The notes under the pieces are model-generated. The model was not told the origin of the DNA and did not search any database. It worked only from the letters and a program-made list of their open reading frames with translations. A stretch of 32,000 nt of DNA from an uncultured archaeon (GTDB lineage: Archaea; Iainarchaeota; Iainarchaeia; Iainarchaeales; Iainarchaeaceae), in the NCBI GenBank assembly GCA_964577555.1, contig CAZNZM010000001.1:30001-62000 (forward strand), in the 5' to 3' direction. Both the position numbers and the translations under genes were made by a program. The number at the start of each line of letters is the position of its first letter. Within the stretch, counting starts at the first letter, position 1. Shown here one piece after another: positions 28,001-32,000 of the stretch.

Positions 28001-28386
28001 AAATGAAAGCCCAAGCCGCGATACAAGAAAAAATCAGGGCTATTGACAAAAAAGACTCTTTAGAAAGAGTTCTTGTAAGCCACTTTCTGCCTGATATAAT
28101 AGGAAATACAAGGGCTTTCGCAAGACAGGAATTCAGGTGCTCAAAATGCAATACAAAGTATAGAAGAATTCCTCTTGTCGGGAAATGCACAAAATGCGGA
28201 GAAGAAAAACTTATTTTGACAATAGCACAGGGCTCGGTAAGAAAATACATGATAATAGCAAAAGAACTAATAGCAAAACACAATTTAAGCAATTACTTAA
28301 AGCAAAGAATAGAATTGATAGAAAAAGAAATAGATTCAGTTTTTGCAACGGAAACAAAGCAAAAAAGCCTTTTGCAATTCGTATAA
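25000..28386 (+). CDS. dp2: DNA polymerase II (PolD) large catalytic subunit DP2
   Basis: About 1128 aa. Motifs seen: CRMGRPE, the catalytic KRRNADGDQDSVMMLMD, an internal Cys cluster CKKC...CPNC and a C-terminal CSKC...CTKCG. No intein-sized insertion. The ATG at 25000 follows GGTGG and overlaps the dp1 stop (ATGTCTGA). Confidence 0.95.
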   Translation: MSEALEKQVNNYFSRISKRAMEQFSIAKSARERGKDVSLEVECPPTVDLADRTENIIGPPGIAKRYRELFSEHNKDRNATIFQLFKEIIEGKLGEIPDPEKRLEQAVRTSLVLVTEGVVVAPLDGVPKVKISTNPDGSKYVDIYFAGPIRAAGGTATVFPLILGDYARQLMQLDRYKPIDDEVERYVEEINIYDEIITRQYKLKDDEIRKIIRGCPVCVNGEPTEDREVVAHRDLQRIPSNRIRGGMCLVISEGIGLKAMKIMKLAKMLGLNWNWLESIAKISKSGGSESEIKPNYSYLSRIAAGRPIFSYPSRLGGFRLRYGRARNTCVMAKGIHPATMVLLDGFIAVGTQIKIERPGKSAEMFPVDSIDGPIVKLFSGEVKKINNANEAEQIKEKVKEILFLGDMLVNVGDFRKTAHPLMPAGYCHEWWGLEVEKAVFEKKSDEKWLETAKNSNNVSEEIALKACEELGVPLHPEYIHYYSALSIEEACEIVIAVRSGSKIESNGKINALEIQNLPKIKEALEKAGIPHKVAGEKIIISNSAHSFFKTFGGENSKEPDKSLNVLELLSNLSGMKIRDKAGTFIGCRMGRPEASRPRKMVGDPMVLFPIGIAGGNTRSINKAAETQGIIEAEIAYFIDPETGKIEEQPFSLTTGKRLELMRKCKKCNKFSKMEKCPNCKSETEAFNARKFNIAELVRQASSKLNVPTPQLIKGVKGLINAEKIPEPIEKGILRARQNLHIFRDGTIRFEMLNAPLTHFKPSEIGLSVEKAKELGYLFDKNGKELVSENQICELFPQDIIVNETAGDFFVRVSKFLDEELEKFYGLPKYFNYDSKNQLIGELFLGLAPHTSAGVLCRLIGYSKAKLNFAHPYFHLAKRRNADGDQDSVMMLMDALLNFSKNYLPSTRGGRMDAPLVFTVNINPLEIDDEAYEVEVCSKYPLELYEKSLIHADPKIDSIPIVGDRIGKPEQFYGLEYTHETSIFDAGPKASTYVTFKSMEEKMKAQAAIQEKIRAIDKKDSLERVLVSHFLPDIIGNTRAFARQEFRCSKCNTKYRRIPLVGKCTKCGEEKLILTIAQGSVRKYMIIAKELIAKHNLSNYLKQRIELIEKEIDSVFATETKQKSLLQFV

Positions 28387-28704
28387 AAAATAAAATGTCT
28401 AAACGGCTCGCCAAAACAAACGACAAAAAAACAGCTTGGCACAAAAAAACTACTTGCAAAAAAAACAAATTCCAATTAAAAAAATGACAAAAAAAATAAT
28501 TGACAAAAAAACTTGGCTAGCAATATCAAAAAAAACAAAAACTAATTATAAAATTAAAAAAAATAAAATTGGCTCACAAAAAACAAACAACAAAAAAAAA
28601 CAAAATTGACCAAAAAAAAAGGCTAGGCAAAAACAACCCAACAAAAAATAAAAAATTCGCTAGAAAAGAACACAAAAAAAACTAGTCATAAGAAAAGAAA
28701 AAAA
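28387..28704 (+). repeat. A/C-rich, G/T-poor intergenic array (locus C), same word family as locus A
   Basis: Exact matches to locus A: AAAAAAATGACAAAAAAA (28478-28495), CAAAAAAACTTGGCT (28504-28518 = 5646-5660) and GGCTCACAAAAAACAA (28571-28586 = 5606-5621). Also CGGCTCGCC at 28404-28412 and GGCTAGGC at 28621-28628. Confidence 0.7.
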
Positions 28705-29472
28705 TTAAAGCTTATAAACAAGAAAAAAAACCACAATTATTGCTATTATTGCAATTACAATAACTTTAAAATCGTCGTTCAGCAAATTTTGTTCGGCGTG
28801 TTTGTTGTTGTGCTTTGAATTCCTGTTTGGCAAAAAAAAATCAGTGATTGAACTTATAAAACTTGATATATACTTAAACCATGTCCTTAAATTGAACATT
28901 TCAACATAAGCTTCGCGAAGCAATTCTCGTTTGGTTTTTTCACGCAATGGTGGATTGCCGTCATCAATCAATTCTTTTGTAACTGCATTCATTGTTGCAA
29001 CATAGTTTATTTCATCAAGAGTGTATTCCAATACCCAAAATGGAACAAAAACCAATTCTATTCCAGAAATTATTACATTATTTTTTGAAGCATTTTTTTC
29101 AGCGGAGAGTGCAACCAAAATTATTTTTTTTACATCGCGTTCTGAAATTCTCGGGCTGACAACTTCATATTTGTAGTCATGCGTTATTTCGGGAGACTTG
29201 ATTCCGGATTCCAATACAGCCAAGTCGGAAAGTTCATGCGCTATTTCGTTGGTGAAAGCGTTGAAGGCCGAGTGTCCTTTGGCAATTATTTTGGTTTTTC
29301 CTGAAGATTCATCGTATATGTCGTATGAAAAAAAATAATATGGCAGGTACTTTATGTAAACTCTTCCAAATTGGTAATTATTATAGCCTTTTGAATCCAA
29401 TATGCGAGAAACTGTTTCTTCTGCGGTGATTATTTCAACATTTACGGAAAAAGCTGGTTTCTCGAGAAGCAT
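28705..29472 (-). CDS. Hypothetical tail-anchored membrane protein, co-oriented with sepF
   Basis: 255 aa. A soluble N-terminal region is followed by a single C-terminal hydrophobic helix, VIVIAIIAIIVVFFLVY. GAGG lies upstream of the ATG at 29472, which is 13 nt after the sepF stop. Confidence 0.65.
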   Translation of the reverse strand: MLLEKPAFSVNVEIITAEETVSRILDSKGYNNYQFGRVYIKYLPYYFFSYDIYDESSGKTKIIAKGHSAFNAFTNEIAHELSDLAVLESGIKSPEITHDYKYEVVSPRISERDVKKIILVALSAEKNASKNNVIISGIELVFVPFWVLEYTLDEINYVATMNAVTKELIDDGNPPLREKTKRELLREAYVEMFNLRTWFKYISSFISSITDFFLPNRNSKHNNKHAEQNLLNDDFKVIVIAIIAIIVVFFLVYKL

Positions 29473-29485
29473 TTTTTTTCCTCAA

Positions 29486-29842
29486 TTACTCCCTTCTCTT
29501 AATGATTTTTACTCTGCTAGGAGTAACAAGGACTTTTTCTTGGCTTACCCTTGCAATGTCACCGTTTATGCTTTGGACTCCTGCTTTTATGCTATTCACC
29601 AATTCTTTGAGTTTTTGCGCGTTTCTTTTGCTCAAATCAGCAATATTTACTAACACTATGTTGCCTTTTTTTGCTTCTTCAAGCACCAAATCCCTGTCGG
29701 ATTCATTGTTAAGTGTTATAGGCTTAACAAAGGCATCAGCGTCTTCGTAAGGATCTTCTTGTTCAGTGTCCATTTTATTCAAAAATTCTTCTACATCAAA
29801 CTCATCCTTTTTTCTTCCAATGAGTTTTTCCATGAAAGCCAT
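29486..29842 (-). CDS. sepF: Cell division protein SepF (DUF552)
   Basis: 118 aa. Short N-terminal amphipathic segment MAFMEKLIGRKK, an acidic linker, then VKPITLNNESDRDLVLEEAKKGNIVLVNIADLSKRNAQKLKELVNSIKAGVQSINGDIARVSQEKVLVTPSRVKI, which fits the SepF fold pattern. A strong SD (GGAGGGGTGGT) lies upstream on the minus strand. Confidence 0.8.
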   Translation of the reverse strand: MAFMEKLIGRKKDEFDVEEFLNKMDTEQEDPYEDADAFVKPITLNNESDRDLVLEEAKKGNIVLVNIADLSKRNAQKLKELVNSIKAGVQSINGDIARVSQEKVLVTPSRVKIIKRRE

Positions 29843-30098
29843 TCAATAACCACCCCTCCAAATGAAAAAATTCTTATAGAAATTTGTATGAAGCCTATTT
29901 TAACCTTTTGTTTAAAAGAAAAAATTGAAAAAAATGCTGAAAAAAACTAAAAAAATGCCAAAAATAACGGCTTGAAATCAATTCGTGTTTTTTTGCCGTG
30001 TGAAAAATTAGAAATCCGAACTTAATACCGGAATTGGTTTAATTCCACAACTCAATTTTTTTTTATTAAGTTGCATTTATTTTGAATAGGGGGTTTTT
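29843..30098. other. Divergent sepF/cdc6 intergenic region; candidate replication origin (unverified)
   Basis: It lies directly upstream of cdc6, where archaeal oriC commonly sits. It contains A-rich words related to the repeat family (AAAAATGCCAAAAATAACGGCTTGAAA at 29951-29977). It also contains the T7-GCCGTGTG-A5 element, GGAATT-N5-AATTCC (30030-30046) followed by CACAACTC, and a T9 run. Confidence 0.3.
29986..30007 (+). repeat. Quasi-palindromic TGTTTTTTTGCCG(T)G..AAAAA element, copy 1 (upstream of cdc6)
   Basis: TGTTTTTTTGCCG at 29986-29998 is identical to 31394-31406. The T7 run and the following A5 run can pair around GCCGTGTG. Confidence 0.5.
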
Positions 30099-31301
30099 GT
30101 GGAGAATATTTTTGAAAAAGAATTTGCTAAAGAAACTATTTTTGTTGACCGCAATTTGATGACTCCGCATTATACTCCGAAAGTGTTGCCTTTCAGGGAG
30201 CCTTTTATTGAAAGCACTTCAAAAATATTGAGTGCCACCTTGAAAGGCGCGAAAGCCGACAATATTTTCATTTATGGCAAAACAGGAACAGGCAAAACCA
30301 GTGTGACAAAGCATGTCATGAATCAATTGCTTGAATTTGCTTCTTCTAAAAATGTGCCGGTTGAAGGCAATTATGTAAATTGCAGAAATCACAACAGCAA
30401 ATACAGAGTCATGATTAAAATAGTGAAAGACCTTTATCCGGAAGAAAATTTCCTTGGTTTTTCCGCTGCTTTTATTTATGAAAAACTCTTGGCTTACGCG
30501 AGAAAGGGCAAACAATTGGTAATTGTCTTGGACGAAATTGACAAAGTCAAGGATCTTGATGAACTTGTTTACGGGCTTACCAGGGCAAATGATGAATTGG
30601 ATAAAGGCAGCATAACTTTGATTGGAATCTCAAACAATTTAATGTTCAAAGAAAGACTTGACCCTCGAACAAAAAGCAGTTTATGCCAACATGAAATGGT
30701 TTTCCCGCCTTACAATGCACAAGAATTAGTAGAAATTTTAAAACAAAGAACCGCAATAGCGTTCAAGCCTAATACTGTTGACGAATCAGCAATAAATTTG
30801 GCCGCGGCAATTGCGGCGCAGGAATCCGGGGATGCAAGAACTGCAGTAATGCTTTTGCTTCGCGCTGGAGAACTTGCAGACATGAAAGGAGGCATAGTCA
30901 CTGACAAAGAAGTGCAAAAAGCAAAAAAACAGGTAGAGGAAGAGCTTATAATTAACATGGTTTCAACATTGCCTGAACAACAACAGCTTGTATTGTATTC
31001 AATAGCGTGCTTGTCATTGCAAAAAAAACCGATGCAAAAAATTACTGGGGAAAAAGAAACAGGAGTATTATTTTCAGGAGAAATTTATGACGAGTATTGC
31101 AAAATTTCAAAAAAATTCAAAGAGCAAACAGTCAGTGCTCGTTGGTATAGGGAATATATAACAGAACTTGAAATGTATGGCTTGATTTACACCGCAAATT
31201 CGGGCAAAGGGATTAAAGGGCAAACAACCCTAATAAAACTGGATTTTGAAGCTGAAAAAATAAAAAATTTGATAGAGAAGCAATTATTGGAAGTGAATTG
31301 A
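30099..31301 (+). CDS. cdc6: Orc1/Cdc6 replication initiator
   Basis: 400 aa. Walker A GKTGTGKTS, Walker B VIVLDEIDK, sensor region GDARTAV, and a C-terminal winged helix. The GTG start is preceded by TAGGGGG. Confidence 0.95.
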   Translation: MENIFEKEFAKETIFVDRNLMTPHYTPKVLPFREPFIESTSKILSATLKGAKADNIFIYGKTGTGKTSVTKHVMNQLLEFASSKNVPVEGNYVNCRNHNSKYRVMIKIVKDLYPEENFLGFSAAFIYEKLLAYARKGKQLVIVLDEIDKVKDLDELVYGLTRANDELDKGSITLIGISNNLMFKERLDPRTKSSLCQHEMVFPPYNAQELVEILKQRTAIAFKPNTVDESAINLAAAIAAQESGDARTAVMLLLRAGELADMKGGIVTDKEVQKAKKQVEEELIINMVSTLPEQQQLVLYSIACLSLQKKPMQKITGEKETGVLFSGEIYDEYCKISKKFKEQTVSARWYREYITELEMYGLIYTANSGKGIKGQTTLIKLDFEAEKIKNLIEKQLLEVN

Positions 31302-31393
31302 ACTTTGTTTTATGATGTTTGTAATAAAAAATTAAAATTTGCATGTGCCTTGGCATTCAAATGCGACACTTATTGAGTGACCAGCCACTTATT

Positions 31394-31415
31394 TGTTTTT
31401 TTGCCGCGAAAAAAA
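31394..31415 (+). repeat. Quasi-palindromic TGTTTTTTTGCCGCG-AAAAAAA element, copy 2 (downstream of cdc6)
   Basis: T7 (31396-31402), GCCGCG, A7 (31409-31415). It has the same orientation and the same 13-mer as copy 1. It could also act as a bidirectional terminator between convergent cdc6 and hel308. Confidence 0.5.
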
Positions 31416-31507
31416 GTTCTTCATCAATTCCTTAAAAGACAAGGATTTTTCTTGCAAGTATCAAATTTGAATTTGCGGTTTGGCATCAAAATTTACTCTG
31501 ACAAAAA

Positions 31508-32000
31508 TTATTTTTTTATCTCTAATTGTTTCTTTACTTTCAAAGCTGTTTTCTCGCCAAGAACCTTTTGAAGGTCTTTTATGTCGGTTTTTTTCACGTC
31601 AGAAATTGTTTTAACGCCTGCGTTGAAAAGTCTTCTCGCCCTTACGCGCCCAATGCCATTAAACTCGCAAAGATGTATCAACTCCTCTCTTATGCCTTTT
31701 TTAATCCTTTTGTGCAACTTTTTAAGTCTTGGCAAATGTTCTTTAATGTCCAAAATTCTTGCAATTTCATGCAAAGAATATACAAGCCAATCTGCATTTT
31801 CAACCATTGACATTAAAAAACCTGGCTTGATTCCGTAAGTGTCGCAAATAGCCTGCTCTTTGACTTCTGAAATCCAATCATTAAGAATACTGGCAGTCCA
31901 AACTCTTGAAACAAGCAACTCTTCCTCAGACATTTCATCGCCATTTACTGGAATGAATTCTCGGTATTCCTCTAACAAAGATAGTGCTTGCAAGTATTCT
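31508..32000 (-). CDS. hel308: Hel308/Hjm (Ski2-like) DNA helicase, C-terminal part; 5' end outside the window
   Basis: The frame remains open to the window edge. The ratchet-domain-like region is followed by a C-terminal helix-hairpin-helix, GIGRVRARRLFNAGVKTISDV. Confidence 0.75.
   Translation of the reverse strand, partial: EYLQALSLLEEYREFIPVNGDEMSEEELLVSRVWTASILNDWISEVKEQAICDTYGIKPGFLMSMVENADWLVYSLHEIARILDIKEHLPRLKKLHKRIKKGIREELIHLCEFNGIGRVRARRLFNAGVKTISDVKKTDIKDLQKVLGEKTALKVKKQLEIKK

Noticed and set aside
25000-28386. Intein or insertion in the PolD large subunit
   Set aside because: The length (about 1128 aa) and the uninterrupted conserved motifs are consistent with an intein-free DP2.
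28185-28487. 100-aa K-rich ORF running from the dp2 3' end into the repeat locus
   Set aside because: It is out of frame within dp2 and then translates poly-A low complexity. There is no independent coding support.
30030-30050. ORB/mini-ORB origin recognition box (AATTCCACAAC resembles TTCCAC of TTCCAGTGGAAA)
   Set aside because: Only a half-match is present. The dyad is 6 bp (GGAATT/AATTCC). The nearby GGGGG (30089-30093) is better explained as the cdc6 Shine-Dalgarno sequence. It is kept only as weak context for the origin hypothesis.
1-32000. tRNA, rRNA, C/D-box sRNA, mobile-element or defence-system genes
   Set aside because: Intergenic regions contain no GC-rich cloverleaf-like segments and no T-loop (GGTTCGAATC-like) motifs. 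No properly spaced C (RUGAUGA) and D (CUGA) box pairs were seen. No ORF shows transposase, integrase, Cas, restriction or toxin motifs. A by-eye scan can miss divergent ncRNAs.

Overview
This is an AT-rich archaeal chromosomal segment. PolD DP1/DP2, Orc1/Cdc6, Kae1 and Bud32, CDP-archaeol synthase, Spt4, Rpo7 and ribosomal proteins S24e/S27ae/S3Ae/S15 mark it as archaeal. The compact genes, lysine-rich proteins and bacterial-type grpE-dnaK-dnaJ are reminiscent of small-genome (DPANN-like) archaea, but that is inference only. I support about 31 protein genes, almost all housekeeping. In order they are: rpo7 (partial), spt4, rps24e, rps27ae, a CPBP protease, sua5 and kae1. Next come an APC permease with a small membrane protein, and a winged-helix regulator divergent from grpE-dnaK-dnaJ. 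Then valS, an orphan basic protein, a membrane-anchored protein coupled to bud32, and rps15-rps3ae. A membrane-biogenesis cluster follows (DUF92, SppA, CarS overlapping an archaeosortase-like gene, SecF-SecD), then a Nog1-like GTPase. The window ends with a replication/division neighbourhood: UPF0147-DP1-DP2, SepF plus an uncharacterised tail-anchored protein, Cdc6 and Hel308 (partial). I found no rRNA, tRNA, CRISPR array, transposase, integrase or recognisable defence genes, and no convincing self-contained novel system. Several things are not explained by gene annotation. (1) A family of strand-asymmetric, A/C-rich intergenic arrays shares exact 15-18-mers between loci 23 kb apart. (2) A perfect palindromic operator lies between the regulator and grpE. 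(3) carS overlaps an archaeosortase-like gene. (4) sepF is followed by an unknown membrane partner, wedged between PolD and cdc6. (5) A quasi-palindromic T7-GCCGYG-An element flanks cdc6. (6) An orphan gene island sits between valS and bud32. All protein calls rest on motif recognition by eye; no database search was possible.
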